Source: Lama guanicoe
Taxonomy: Eukaryota
Direction of reading: 5' to 3'
DNA: 64,000 nucleotides
NCBI GenBank assembly: GCA_013239625.1
Contig: MU057102.1
Coordinates: 496,001 to 560,000, forward strand
Shown: positions 1 through 12,822 of the stretch, in pieces
Layout: every line of letters begins with the position of its first letter
Numbering within the stretch: position 1 is the first letter of the stretch
Position numbers and translations under genes: made by a program
The notes under the pieces: generated by a model
The model's database searches: none
What the model was told of the DNA's origin: nothing
The model's input: the letters and a program-made list of their open reading frames with translations, nothing else

Positions 1-809
1 CAGAGAGGCTGAGCCACTGGCCCCAGGCTACCCAGCCAGTGGACAGGGGATCCAGGATTGGAGCCCCCTACCCTGTCCACATTCCTGAGTCCAAGACGGC
101 CTGGCCCTCGGGGTGGCCCACACCACCGGATGGACGGCACCTTCCTTTGAGGCCCGGGGCCTCTCCCCTGTGCTGGGGCACCGTGATGGGAACGTGGGTC
201 AGCCGAAGGCCCCTGGCACCTGGCTCCCAGCTCGGGTGCTACGGGTGGGCGCTCCGTGGAGCTGCTCCAGTGAAGAAGAGCCCTCTTGCCCTCAGGAGTG
301 GGCTTCTGGAGGCCTGTTCATGGCACGGGTGGAATTTGCACAGCTGGTTCCGACCAGCTCTGGGCGGAGGTAACTGGTGGAGGAGGGGTTCTCGGGCACA
401 CCTGCTGAGGATCCCACATCCGCCCACCAGCCCTACATGAGCCGTCTTGTGGGAGCCTCAGCCCTCTGGGCTCGGGGCGTGGAGTGGGGCCAAGTTGTTA
501 TTTCTGAGTTTTCCAGCACGCAAGGCTGCACGCGGCTCGCCTGTCTGGGGTAATTGATGCAGGCGGCGGTGGTGCTCAGGATGAAAGGTCAGGGCCGCCT
601 AGCGTGACTGGCTGTCCGCTGTGGATTCTCTCCTGCTTCAGCCCTTATGGGAAATTAACCCCTCTGTCCCTTCCCGGGTCTTTGGTGTTGTAGGGTCTCA
701 GGTTTCAGTGCTGTGGAATTTTTCGTCTGTACAAAGCTCAGGAGGCTAGGTAGGCATAAACATCCAATGAATCCAAATAACAAAAGTTGGGGGACCAGCC
801 ATGTCTTCA

Positions 810-1095
810 GTAAGTAGGTACAGAGCACCTACTGTGTGCCAGACACCGCTAGGCTCTGGGGACACAGCGATGAAGTGATCAGAAAAGGCCCTGTGCTCAC
901 AGGGCTGGTACCCTGGGGTGGAGGGCAGACGGTAAACAGATAAGCATGATAAATACATAGTTTGCTACATGACAGGGGCTTAGGAAGGGAACTCTGGAAA
1001 GAGTAGGATGGACAGGCGTGGGCAGGGCATGAGGACAGGTCAGGTGGGAGGCGGAGGGCCAGGCTGGTGGTCAGGAAAGAGGTCAGGTGGTGTGA
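810..1095 (-). mobile_element. L2 LINE 3' fragment
   Basis: gagcacctactgtgtgccagacac...ctggggacacagcgatgaa...ccctgtgctcacagggct is the reverse complement of the L2 3' terminus. Confidence 0.75.
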
Positions 1096-1139
1096 ACTGT
1101 TCCTTTTCCTTCTGAACATCTTAATTCTGGAAGCATCTG

Positions 1140-1245
1140 CACCACTTTGCACATGAGGGAAAAATATCCCAGAGAGGGCTCAGCAGGCCAGCTGAGCGGT
1201 GGCAGAGGCAGGATTCGAACCCAGATCTCTGGAACCCAGTCCAAC
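1140..1245 (-). mobile_element. MIR SINE fragment
   Basis: ccactttgcacatgaggg...gtggcagaggcaggattcgaacccagatct matches the MIR core and B-box in reverse. Confidence 0.75.
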
Positions 1246-1724
1246 TCCTCCTCTCTTACACCAGGGGATTGGGGTGGGGTGTTTCCTACAAGCATCTTGT
1301 CTTACTGGCTTATTCTCCCTCCTTGACCTGCCTCCCAAGGCTGGTACCCAGGATGGGAGAGAGTTTCATGCTGTAGTCTCTGCTTGGGGTTTAAGAGTTC
1401 GCTGGGAGTCTAAGTGTGTGTGCGGGAGCCTGGCAGTCTCCTGAAGGCAGCACAGAGCTCTTCCGCCCTCTCTCAGCCTTATTTGTGGGGATGAACTCCA
1501 GCCGGGAGAGATGGCTTTGTTTGCGCTGGCCCTGAAGCCAGCAGCTGAAAGTTGAGAAGGCTGGCGGGATGACGTGCTGCGTAGAAGACACTTCTAGCCC
1601 AGACCTGGAGGCAGGAACAACGAATGAGTGTTCAGAAAGGCGTCCAGGCGGTTTGGTGTGAAGGACGCAGGCAGGAAGGAGTCTGGCCCCGTGATACACG
1701 TGACAGCAGCAGCAATCGTAACCC

Positions 1725-1930
1725 CGTTTACTGAGCACCTACTAAGCGCCACACACTGGCTGGTCACTGTGCATGTGGGTTTTATTTTGCCCTCAGGTGA
1801 TCCTGCTGAGAGGTATTATCTACATCTTATAGACGGGGAAACTGAGGGTCGGGGAGGTGGGTCATTGAGGGTTATCCGACTAGGAGGTGGCTGAGCTGGG
1901 TTCTGTCCCCTGGTCACCTGGTTCCAAGGT
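1725..1930 (-). mobile_element. MIR SINE
   Basis: tttactgagcacctac tail; catcttatagacggggaaactgagg core. Confidence 0.8.
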
Positions 1931-2089
1931 GCAAGTGTCACATGGGGCTGTTTGGTGTACGGCCCTAATAGGATCAAGGCACTGTGCTGGGCGCCAGAGA
2001 CTAGTGGGGAGCCCCACCTGCCCTCGGGCCCGCAGACCTCACCCTGCAAGCTCTAGGGCCTGGCGCTGGTTCACCACAAGCACACACGG

Positions 2090-2240
2090 GGGAGTCAGAC
2101 AGCCTGGAACAGCCCCAGCCCTCCCGCTCACTGCTGTGAGCTTGGGCAGCGCGCTCTGCCTCTTTGATACCTGGTTTTGTTTGTAAAATGCTGATAGAAT
2201 CTACTCCTTGGGTGGTAAGAGGGGGTCAAGTGAGATAAAC
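2090..2240 (+). mobile_element. MIR SINE fragment
   Basis: ggagtcagacagcctgg...gctgtgagcttgggca...tgtaaaatg...gtgagataa. Confidence 0.7.
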
Positions 2241-2349
2241 CATTAATTCAGTAACTGCTGTGTAACTAGTATTTGCTCAGTGGGTGTGATTGTTAAGCCG
2301 GTCCCCACAGAGCCCTTCACCAGGCGCTGACCATTCTTTCTTCCCTCCA

Positions 2350-2735
2350 GGTTGCTGAGGTAGGATCACACAGTGTACAGCAGCCCCTTGCAGGATTACA
2401 ATATGACGGATTTTGACAAACTTAGTGGTCGTATCAACAGCGCTGCAGTCAAGATACAGAACTTTTCTCCTGCCTCCTCTAGTTCCCTCGTGGCCCTTTG
2501 CAGTCAGTCTCTGTCCCCTGCCGACAGCTGCAGGTTTGGTTTTGTCCTGTAGTTTTGCCTTTTCCGGATGCCCTGTGAGTGGTGTCACGTGGCAGGCGGC
2601 CTTCAAGTCTGGCGCCTCTCACTTAGGACGGCGTGTTTGTGATGCATCCGCCTCAGTTGTCTTCCCCTTTTATGTCTGAGCAGTGTTCTGTTGCCCCGAG
2701 AGACCACCCTTTGTGCTTTTCCTTCACCATTTGGG
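2350..2735 (-). mobile_element. Old L1 (L1MB/L1MC-type) 3' UTR fragment
   Basis: gattttgacaaac...agtcaagatacagaac...gccctttgcagtcagtc...gtagttttgccttttccggatg...ctcacttag resembles the L1M 3' UTR in reverse. Confidence 0.8.
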
Positions 2736-2929
2736 TTCTTCTTCTTCTTCTTTTTTAAGTGTGTCTTGTAATTTTTGATTGCTTGCTAGACATTGTAGAC
2801 TGGAGGCAAATGGTATCAGGCCTGGAAACGGGCCTGCCTCCTCCTTTATCAGGCTGCTGGCGTGGGGAGTCGAGTCCTAGTTAGGAGTTGAGCTGGGTTT
2901 GGGTTCTGTTGCTTGATGATCAAACTGAA

Positions 2930-3220
2930 CCTTCCGACTTGTCCTATCTGGCTTGTGTGGCATTTTCCAGCATTTAAAAGCATGAACTTTAACATAAAAA
3001 TCTGGAATTCTGGCTTCTCCTGCAAAATCAAGAGATTGGTAACTCAAGTGTTTGGTGACACTAGTCCTTTATTACCCTGTGTCAACATTCAGCTCGTGCA
3101 GAGTAGACGCTGCCCCACTGTGCTCTCCACTTTTCTGCAGCCCCCCCCACTGTGTGCTCCCCACTCTCCTCCTTTATGTTGTCTTCCTGGTTCCTGCAGA
3201 TGTTTGAGTTTGTGATGTCA
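2930..3220. mobile_element. MER102-like hAT-Charlie DNA transposon
   Basis: aaaaatctggaattctggcttctcctgcaaaatc...gctgcccc...gtgctctcca...tttatgttgtcttcctggttcctgcagatgtttgagtttgtga follows the recalled MER102 consensus. Confidence 0.7.
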
Positions 3221-3964
3221 GACACTGAATGATATTCAGTGTACTCGTTTCAAAAAGATAGGGAAATATATGCATCACTTAAAAATAGATCTCCACCCCA
3301 GTGGTTAGAATGAAAGCAGTAATCAAAGAGTTTTATGCTGGAGGTTAGAAAACGCAACTTCAGGGGGCCCTTGAGTGACAGCTTAAGGGAAGGCTCACCT
3401 TTCTCAGTTCCCGCTGGGCCAGCTCGGTGCCGAGCACAGGTGAGCACGCCCCCTCTGCTGCAGGTTTAGGGGTGGACGCTGGATCACCCCAGAAGAGAAC
3501 GCATCTTACTGATGTCTGGAAACAACGAACATGGAAAAGGGTAGGCTTTTCCCCTCCACTTGAGTCGTGTGTATTACCTGCTGGGAAGACTCACATTTGA
3601 CAGTTTGTTTAGAGGACACAGCTTTCTGAGCCTGCTGCCAGATGGCTGGAGAGAGAGCTGACGTACGCCAGACGGCCAGTCACAGGGGATTTAGAAAGGC
3701 AAACACATCCACACGTTCGGATGAGCCGCTGTTTCTGGAAGGAAGGGCAGAGCCCGGGGCTCTTTGATGATGTTGGCCAGAGCTGCCCCGCACACCACGG
3801 GGGTGGGGCCCCTCTGCCACTGTCACTTGCCTGTGGAAGGCTGGAAAAGGTCGGGGTGGGCCGGGGAGAGTGATGTGAGCTCCAGGCTACTGTGCTGCTC
3901 AGTCCCTCCCCACATTCCTTCCCAGAAAGAAAGAGCCTGGTACTTGGGCTCTCATGTGGTGGTT

Positions 3965-4610
3965 GGTGAACGAAACAAGGTCCCTGCTCTCACAGAGCTG
4001 ACGTGCCAGCGGAGGCGGCAGACAAGCCAGTGACCAGGTAATTTCAGAAGGATGTACATGTCAGAGAGACCAAGGAGCAGACTAGGCACTGAAGAGTGGC
4101 TGGCAGGGTCAGAGGTGGGGGCGTGTGAGCCCGGACCTACCGGGTCAGACGCGGCCGGGGAGAGGCACGTGATTTATCCCAAGGGCAGGAGGCCGCGGGG
4201 CAGTGGCGGGACTTACGTGCCAGTCATGCGGGCAGCTCTGTAGGCCTTTGCTCTCGGGTGAAAATGACAAAGCAGTCCGAGCCACCTGGCTCGTTCCCGG
4301 TGAGATCCCACCCAGAAACGAGCCGTTTCCCTGGAGCGTGTGATGGTGCCCCCGCCGTCAGACAGGCTATTGAGTGGTTGGCTGATCAGACCTGAGGCTG
4401 CTTGGCCAGAGGGGCTGAGATCTGATGGCCACACGAGTGACCTGACGCTTGTCTTCAGGGGCAGGTAGGATGTGGGCACCGAGGCTTGGGAGCAGGAGCA
4501 GAGGATGATGAGGACGAAGAAATGATGGACATTGAGCTGAAAATGCAGCAGGAAGTGGGGGAGCATGGAGCTGAGAGGGTCTGGGGAGCACATCGAGGCA
4601 GCCCTGGGAG
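3965..4610 (-). mobile_element. L2 LINE fragment (degenerate)
   Basis: gtgaacgaaacaaggtccctgctctcacagagctgac...cagacaag is an L2 3' region in reverse, followed by a purine-rich L2-like body. Confidence 0.6.
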
Positions 4611-4789
4611 GCGAGCCTGCAAGGCTGGGCCTTCTCTAACTGGACACGGCTGGGAGTGATTCTGGCCGCATCATTTATTTGCCTGAAGTATGGCTCTCTC
4701 ACTTACAGAATCAAGTTCCCGTTCCGCGGTGCAGTCCCCCCAGGCCCCGTGCCAGCACTCTCCCTTTCCCTGCTGCCTGGTCCCTGTAC

Positions 4790-5075
4790 CCCATCGCATC
4801 TTCCCCTGTCCTTGGCCCTGGAACCTGCTGTTCCCTCTGGACCAAATGTGCTCCCTCCCCACCTCTCCGCCTGGCTGCACCTGGCTCTGCGTGGGCCCAA
4901 CTCCTATCTCCTGCCGGCCCTGCGCCTCACGGAGTTGGAGCCTGTGATGTGCCCGGCTCCCCACAGCCTGTTGGCTTCCTCCTGGGAAGCCGGTGCCTGG
5001 TTCAGCTCAGCTTTGCCAGGGTCTGAGGAGTTGTGCCCACGGGGGCTGCTAGATAGATGCCATTGAATGACTGAC
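4790..5075 (+). mobile_element. L2 LINE 3' fragment
   Basis: ggaacctgctgttccctctggac...; ends in the tail ttgaatgactgac. Confidence 0.55.
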
Positions 5076-7964
5076 TTGGAAAGGAAGTTAGAAATGCAGA
5101 GAGAGGAGTGGGTAGGGATGTCTTGGGAGAGGCCGTGACACCTGACTCCCGCTTGCCCAGCCCCTGATAAGTTGGAGCCCCAGGCCCTTCCCAGTCTGCA
5201 CGTCCTCCACTGAGCTTTGCAAAGAGGTTTTTTTTTCTTGGGAAACTTGTCCTTTGGGTTCAGATGAGGAGGACCTGTTTTGACTTTAAAATGTGGTACT
5301 GAAAGGAAGACTGGAATGCCAGTGCCCTCCGCAGAGTGCCAAGGATTTGAGGGCACCAAGCAGTCCCCGCCTGCCTCATGCCTGCCTCCCACCCCCACCC
5401 TAACCTGAGGCCAAGGGCTCCATTGCTCCTGAAATCTGTCATGTCCTTGAGGACCCTCTGGCCGTTTTTTCCCCTCACAGTGATTGGGTAGATCTGGTTC
5501 CCATAAGTGTGCATGTGCTGGGTGTTGTAACACATAGGAAAATTCTTCATAAATTTTGCATCATGACACAATTAGTCATGACGTTGGATATTATTCATGT
5601 GTTCATACTGCCTAATTGCACACATGACTTTAGGTGGCTTCCTTAAAATATATATTTATACTTGAAAATAACAAATAGTTGAGGGAATTTTTATGAAGTG
5701 CACGTAATGGTAGGAAAAGAACAAAACCACATATAAAATGAGCATCCTAGCAGCCAAAGCAAAAATGGAAATGGGATTGGTTACCAAGTCCTGGGGACCA
5801 TAGACAAAGCAAACTGACTGTCCAGGAGAATCAGCTTTTTCTGATACTAGGACTGAGTGAAATGCAGCCCGTGGGCCTCCTGATGGGGCCCAGCGTGAAA
5901 CTGCCCAGTGAGGCACAGTTGGCCTAAGGGGTTAAGAGGGAGTCCTTGACTTGGAGGAAGTGGGTTCAGGCTCCCACACATGTGATTCTGAAACTGAAGG
6001 CAGGTGAGAAGGGCAGACCGTCAGGGTGGCTGGGAGGATCTGGGAAGGCTCCTGTGCAGGGGCGGTTGTGCCGCAGCCCATCAAAGAGGGGCAGGCATGG
6101 TAACAGCTCAGTCTTGGGTGGAGTAGCTGGATTCCTGCCTCGGAATCCCATCACTCACAAGAAGCCCACCGCCGGGGGCCCGGGGAATGAGCCGTGTCGC
6201 TCCCGGTGTCCGGTCCTGGTCTGCTAGTTCCTATTTAGTTCTCCCCCGAAGCCCCTTCTCCTCTCAGGATGGGATGATGTCCTTGAAGGCTGAAGAGACT
6301 GGAAAGCATCACTCAGCTTAAGTGCTTGTTGTTTGAAGGACGAGTGCCCGGGCACCAGGCTGGGTGGCTGGCTGGTGCCAGGAGATCCCGTCCTTGCCCC
6401 ACAAAACAAACCCGTCTTGAGTTCCACTTGCCTTTTGGGGGGAAGGGATTAGGTTCACCCCATCCCTGAATTCCATTTGCTCAAAGTGAGGGCATGGGTG
6501 GGGGCGCCAGGGTTTCAAAAGACACAGACTTGTCATATGTGAGGGTCAGGTGCAAGAGCTGCCACCTTCCTGCTGAACAGAGGCGTGGCCTTGTCCTTCC
6601 CTGGGCCTCGGCCTTTGTCCCCACTTGGTGACAGCGCAGTGCGATGGCTGAGCTTGAGACGTTTCTGCTGTGAAGCAGACGCGTACGCTGGCCTCAGTGC
6701 AGGTCCTTTTCCTGGTCAGATTTGTCACCTGAGCTGCATCTCTGTCTGGGTCCATGTAGAACTGCTGTCAGTCACCTGAGAGGCACTGAGGCTCAGAGGC
6801 CCTGCTGCCCTGAGCTGGGTGCCGACATGGACCTCCCAGCTGGGCCCCAGGACCCCTGGCTCCGGGACGCAGTGCATGAGCTTGACTGGTACGTCTGCTC
6901 TGCCTGTCATTGTGGGGCTGGGATCAGGGTGCAGACCGCAGGCTGGGCTGCAAGGCTCCCAGAACAGGCTGGTTCGGCATCAGAGGCTGCAGAGCCGGGT
7001 ACCCACAGTTGCCCCGTGCCTCCTCCCCAGGGCGTGAGACACACGGACTTCTGTGTCTTCTGCCAGACACAAGGCCCAGCCCCAAGGAGAGTCACGTGCT
7101 GAGGGGCCGGGATCGGGGCTCTCGTGGTGGACGTGTCTTCCCAAACATGGAAGTCATGGTTCTCAGCAAAGGGTCTCCACTTTCTGGACAGGGAAGGTCG
7201 GCTCCATGCAGCACGTGAGCTTGTGTCCTGTGGAGCTGAAAGCTGGATGGGAGCTCGGGGCTGTCCTCCAGGCCCCTCCACTTGGGTGTCACAAATGAAC
7301 TGAGGCTCACGGAGGCCTCCTGGGCGTGGGGCTCAGGAGGCCTCGAACGTGTGCGTCCTCTTCTGATCCTGGAAACCCCAGAGAGAGGAATTAGCCCCCC
7401 ATTCCACAGGGAGGAAACTGAGGCCTGGGAATCACCACACTCCCCACGCCGAGGCCTGACCCCAGCCACATTCACTTTTCCCCACCAGGCCCCTCTAGAC
7501 CCTCCTGGCCATGGCACCCGGGCAGACTGGTGATGACAGCGATGACAGACCAATGTCCTTGTCACTCTCTCGTCACCCTCCCAGCCTGGGACAGGAGGAG
7601 GCTGAAGTGTGGTCTCACTGGTCCTGGCCAGAGGCCAGCCGAGCTTCCGCGGGCCAGCGTCGGGCAGGAAGCGCCAGCCTGCGGAGGTGGAAGGGCAGGG
7701 CGGCGGGGCCGGAGGGGCTGGCGCGGGGCCAGCTCGCCGCTCGTGAAGGGCCCCATTGATGGGTGGGCAGTGGGCGTCAGGATGCAGCGGCCTTCCTGCT
7801 GTCCCCTGGACCCCCGTGGTCGAGGGGCCTCCAGGCCTCCGCCCTGCTCACAGCTGCTTGGCAAGCGCTCCCGGGGCTGCGTCACCCGACGTGGAGCCAG
7901 CAGTTCCCTGCTCCCGCTCTGATTGGGTTCACGGGAGAGCCAGCGGCCTGTGGGGCCGGGGGCT

Positions 7965-8297
7965 GCTCCGGTTTCCTGGGGCTGCATTAGCAGCACCACC
8001 ACTGTGGGTCAGGGTAACGGGGAGCCCATTCTCCACGGCCTGGGGGCTCTGGGAAGAACCCCTGCCTCCTCCGTCTGGCTTCCGTGGCCCTGGGCCGTCC
8101 TGGGCTTCCTCCCCGTGTCTGTGTCCAAATGTCCTCTCCCTTCTCTGATAAGATGCCAGTCACAGGATTTAGGGCCCACCCTAATCGTGGTCTTATCTTA
8201 ACTTGGTCACCTCTGCAAAGACCCCATTTGCAAACAAGCTCATGTTCTGAGGTCCCGGGTGGACATGAGCTTGGGGGGCGCTGTTCAGCCCCTCACT
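7965..8297 (-). mobile_element. MLT1 (ERVL-MaLR) solo LTR, MLT1B/C-like, internally deleted
   Basis: ggatttagggcccaccctaatc...tctgcaaagaccccatttgcaaacaag...ttctgaggtcccgggtggacatgagcttgggggg...gttcagccc. Confidence 0.85.
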
Positions 8298-8644
8298 CAC
8301 TCAGCTTCCAGGCGCAGCTGTGCTGTGGCTGCTCCCCCCACCCCCAGAGCACTTTCTACTCCTGAACCACCCGTGGGCGCTCGCCTCCTCCCTCGTGTTG
8401 ACCCTTCGAGGCTCCGTCTTCAAGTGGCTTCCTCCTCGAACCTGCTTTCTTTCCCAGGCGTGTGAGTGTTCCACCGTGTGAAGGCCGCTGGATCGCACTC
8501 CGGCCTCTCTGGGGCTGCTGACCACTCTGCTCTGTCGAAGGTGTGTGAGGGCTTCTTGTGTCTCCCTCTGGACCATGGGGTCCTGAGGGTGGGACGCCAC
8601 CGTGACATTCTCCGTATCTTCCTTCCCCTCTCCATCCTCGGTGG

Positions 8645-8850
8645 CCCAGCACCTGCTCTGTGCTGGGCATCGCAGCAGGCTTTTCACGCATGTTCCTTGT
8701 TGAATCCTCATGGCCACCCTAGGAGGCAGCTCTATTATCATTTCTCATCTTACAGATGAAGAAATTGAGGCTCTGAGAGGGTAAGTTACTCGCACAGAGG
8801 GATTGAAGCTACCTGGGTTTGACACTCAGATCTGTTCAAGTCCAGAGAGG
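8645..8850 (-). mobile_element. MIR SINE
   Basis: tgaatcctcatggccaccctaggagg...ctcatcttacagatgaagaaattgaggctctgagagggtaagttact. Confidence 0.85.
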
Positions 8851-9054
8851 GTGATCCCTGTGGGCTGTCCTAGGACTGGCCCCAGGCAGACAGCCTGGAG
8901 TTGGTTCATTCCTTCAAAAATAGTTTTTCAAGTTCCTTCCATGTGCTCTGCGTTAGGGACCTAACAGGCTGCCAGCAGCCTCTATCCTAACCTCATGGAC
9001 TTATAATCTGGGAAGACGGGAAGACAGACACCTTATCATTAACCACAATGTGAA

Positions 9055-9140
9055 GGGCCCTGGTTTTACCACTGACCTCTCCTGTGACCTTGGCCAGGGG
9101 GTGTCCCCTCTGGGGACCTCAGTTTCCTCACACGTAGACA
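9055..9140 (+). mobile_element. MIR SINE core
   Basis: ctgtgaccttggcca...cctcagtttcctca. Confidence 0.7.
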
Positions 9141-9873
9141 AATGACCCCGACAGGCTCTTGCAGCCTGAGAATGAGCCCTGCATGCCCAGCAGCCCTTTG
9201 CTCAGGGCAGGACCGGAGTCCTGCGTCCTGAGAGGCCCAGACAGACCACTGCTGGCCAGTGACAGCCGTCAGGTGGGGCGCATTCTCCCCCGTCCCTGGT
9301 GGACTTGGAAGGCCTCATGCCCAAAGGCCGAGGTGGAGCAGGAGTGGCTTTTGAATCCCTCCGGGCCTGCCTCCCGGCTCTGGGAAAGAATCTGGAGGCC
9401 TTCCCAAGCCCTGTGACTCAGAGCTCCCCAGCGAGGCCACCGGGACCCGCTCCAGTGAGACTCAGTGGGGACTTTGAGAGACCTCCCTGCAGAGCTTGCC
9501 AGCAGTGGGGCTCGGCTGCAAAACGGGCCGTCTGTCCTCTGGAGCTAACGCTCGGCTCACCTGCGGAGACCCACAGGGGTCTGGGAGGCGAGGAAGCGGG
9601 ATGAGTTTCAGGCAAAGCCCAATGTCAACAGGAAAGCCTGCCACTCACCGAGGACAGCTCCCGCCAGCCACACGGAGCCACGTGAGGAGTGGTTAGTGTC
9701 TGCACTGCTGCCCATGTGCGCAGCCAAGGGGCCATCTGGACACGGGGCCCCACCCTGAACATGGAATTTTAGCCTGCGGGAGAGCCCAGCTCACACCCAG
9801 TTTTCTTTTGTGAAAAGCTCCCACCCAAATTCTTGTGCCAAACTCATTTCAGGAGGGAAGCAGGAAGAGGAGG

Positions 9874-10357
9874 ATATACGATTCCTGCGGCCGCTATAAC
9901 AAGTGACCGTGCGTGTCGTAGCTGAAGACAACACAGATCTCTCACAGTCTGGAGGCCAGGAGTCTGCGGTGAGGCTTCAGAGCTGAGGCCAAGGTGGTGC
10001 AGGGCCTGTTTCTTCTGAAGGGCCCAGGGCAGAGCCCGTTGCCTGGCCTTGTCCAGCCTCGGGCAATGCCTGCATTCGTTGGCTCACGGCCCCTTCCTCA
10101 CATCTCTCCAACCCCTGGCGTCCACCCCAGATGTCTGGTTTCCTCCTTGGTATCAAATCTCCCACGGCCTTACTCTTGCAAGGACACCTGTGACTGCATT
10201 TAGAGCCCACCTGAATCATCCAGGAGAATCCCCCCATCTCAAGATCCCAAACCTAATCCTGCCTGCAAGACCCCTTTTGCCCCAGGAGGTGACACATTCC
10301 AGGTTTAGGGGATTAGGACGTGGTCATCTTTGGAATCCATTCGTTGGCCGACTGCAA
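9874..10357 (-). mobile_element. MLT1 (MLT1D/E-like) solo LTR
   Basis: gctataacaagtgacc...ctcacagtctggaggccagg...aaggacacctgtgactgcatttagagcccacctgaatcatccagg...ggggattaggacgtgg. Confidence 0.85.
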
Positions 10358-10829
10358 AGAGCCTCTTGGCTGATTCCAGGTCAGGGCAGCTGTGCCAAAA
10401 GCGTCACCTTCTCCCGGGAGGACAGGACTCCGACTCCACCACCGCTCACACCCCCGGCCCCTGGGGCATCCATGCTGGAAACAGCCAGCCCAGTGCCGTC
10501 TCACCAGTGAGCAAGCAGTGAGTCGTGTCCCAGCCAGACCTTGTGCTTGGGTCTCCGGCTCCTTCTACTTGGTTTAGTGCCCCCAGAGTTTAGAAACGAA
10601 ATGAGACTTTAGACATCAAATGTAGAATTTAGAAGTGAAGACCAGTGCCACCATGGGCAGCCCTCGGCTCCCCAAGGTGCTGTTCGCAGCCACGCCTGCC
10701 TGGGAACCCTGCCTGGCCCTGGGAAGCAGGTTTCATTTTGCTCAGATTATTGAGGAAACAGCTTCCAAGGGAAGGAACATTCTCCGGGCCTCCTGGGGAG
10801 CCCATGCCAGCTGGGTTTCTCCCGCCACA

Positions 10830-11395
10830 TTTAGGACTGAGAGGGGACAGCAGGCCAAAGGCCCAGGAGCATCCGTGTTTCGTGTGTTCCAGGGACAGTG
10901 GGCGGCTGGGGGCTGGATGCTGGGGGACAGGGTCGGAGAGGGGGTGATGAGGGGCTGGTCACATGGTGGGGGTGTCACTCACACGGAGGAGTCTGGTTTC
11001 ATCCCCCTTGATCTAGAAACTGCTAGGGGGGAGGGGAGGGCAGTGTGGGACTCATGTGACCCAAGTGCGGCCACACCCCCGGCTTCGGGCTTGAGAAGGT
11101 TCTTTGGCAGAGGTGGGGAAGGGTCTTGCCCCTCGAGCCCAGGGCTGGCGGCGTGAAGCTCGGTCAAGGTATCTGGGTGCTGGGGCTGGGGTCCTGGTGG
11201 GTGGCAGTGTCTGTCTTTGTGAAGCCGGGGAGTGGCAGGATCCTCCGGCGAGAGAGGTGGGGACCAAGGGCTCTTGACAGAAGCTGCTAGGGTGAGGCCC
11301 AGTCCAGCCAGTGGTGGGAGGAAAGGGCTTTGAGCTGGAGCAAGTCAGGGATGGATTTAAAAACCAAACGAGGTGTGGGAGGGAAAGGGCCACCC
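10830..11395 (-). mobile_element. L2 LINE body fragments
   Basis: gggacagcaggccaaaggcccagg...gtgtgttccaggga is typical reverse L2 body sequence. Confidence 0.5.
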
Positions 11396-11409
11396 TTCAA
11401 GAGCCTGGA

Positions 11410-11570
11410 GCGGCACTTCTCAGATTTTTCATTCGCCCACAGTCCCCTGGGATCTTGTTAAAATGCAGGTTCTGATTCAGTGGTTCTGGGTGAAGCCAGA
11501 GACTGTTTCTAATGAGCTCCCAGGTGGCTGGCAAAGCTGCTCTGTGGGGCTCTGGGATAGGCAAAGGGTC
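11410..11570. mobile_element. MER5-like hAT-Charlie MITE
   Basis: cacttctcaga...cccctgggatcttgttaaaatgcaggttctgattcagtggttctggg...tttctaatgagctcccaggtg. Confidence 0.85.
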
Positions 11571-11923
11571 AAGGGCCTCCATCCTTCATCTGGTGTATAC
11601 CTCCAGACCCTGCTGAGTGGACAGCAGGAGCCACACGTGACATGGGGACACTGAGGCTCCAAGAGGGCAAGTGAGTTGCCAGAGATCTCACAGGAAGGGA
11701 TGGGGTAGGGGCTGGAATGCGGGCTGGTTTCCAGTGTCCACCCTCCAGCAGGCCGTCCCGAGAGTGGGTGCCCACCCAAGTCACCAGCCAGTCCGGGGGA
11801 GATGGGCAGCTGGGAGGCCCAGCTAAGGCTTTTCCCAGGGGGAGAGCTGGGGGGAGGGGTTGAGGCTTCTTAACGAACAGCCACAGGCTGGCTCAGGAAA
11901 AGCAGGAAGACAACCGTGTTTAA

Positions 11924-12033
11924 TGAGCACCTACTGTGTGCCAGGCCCCTTGGGTATTACTTTGTTCATCCTTTTAACAGGAGCAGTATCTTTCTCTTGG
12001 CTCCTGCAGCGTTCAGCACACAGTAGGTGCTCA
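11924..12033. repeat. Perfect 18-bp inverted repeat formed by two opposed MIR/L2 tails
   Basis: tgagcacctactgtgtgc (11924-11941) and gcacacagtaggtgctca (12016-12033) are exact reverse complements. Confidence 0.9.
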
Positions 12034-12714
12034 GGAAAGGTCACGCTGACTTGGGGCATCTCTCAGCTGGGCCCAGGATGGCCAGAGGCACCTGCCGGAC
12101 GTGGCCAGAGCCCCAGAGACTCTCAGATGCTACACGTGCCTCTTGGCTTCTCTGAGGCTGTTTGCTCCGCAAGTACTGCCCCGGCACTCGCAGGCTCCCG
12201 CAGACAGAGGCTGTTTTCCCGATGAAATGTTGGTGTCTGCAGGATAGTGGGTCGGCCGGCTCTCTCACTAACCTGCCTCCACTTGGGCTCAAGGTGGGAG
12301 CAGAGGAGTTACGTGGAGCCTTGAGAAATTGGCTTCCCCACCTGTCCCTGGCCCGGGCCCAGGGGATTCGAGTGTGCACCTCGGTGATGTTGCATTGGCT
12401 CCCCAGGCTGGTACTTCCTCGAGGACCAGTTTCAGTCCCAAAAAGCGTCTGGAAGGACGTGGGGAGAGCCCACTGTGAAGGACTTAATCCTGACCCCTCC
12501 CACCAGGCCCAGCTGGACAGAGGCAGGTGGAAAAGTTGCACACTGTGGGCGGGGCCAGAACCTCCAACCAAACATGCCGTCGTGAACAAACCTCATTGCC
12601 TAGCCCTTAGCCTCCTGGTTGCCGGTGGCCATTGTAACCTCTGCCCTTGGCGGAGCGCGGGGGCAGGACCATCAGGGACGGGAGAGCTGGGGGAGTGGGG
12701 CCGGGAGGCAAGAT

Positions 12715-12822
12715 GAGAAGGGGCTCTGGGCGCTGATGTCCCTGGTTCAAGTCCCAGCATGGCCTGTCACTGTATGCGGCCCTTGGACCAGACTCAGCGG
12801 CTCCATCAGTAAGATGAGGAGA
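12715..12822 (+). mobile_element. MIR SINE 5' fragment
   Basis: gggctctgg...cctggttcaagtcccagc...ccttggac...catcagtaagatgagg. Confidence 0.6.
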
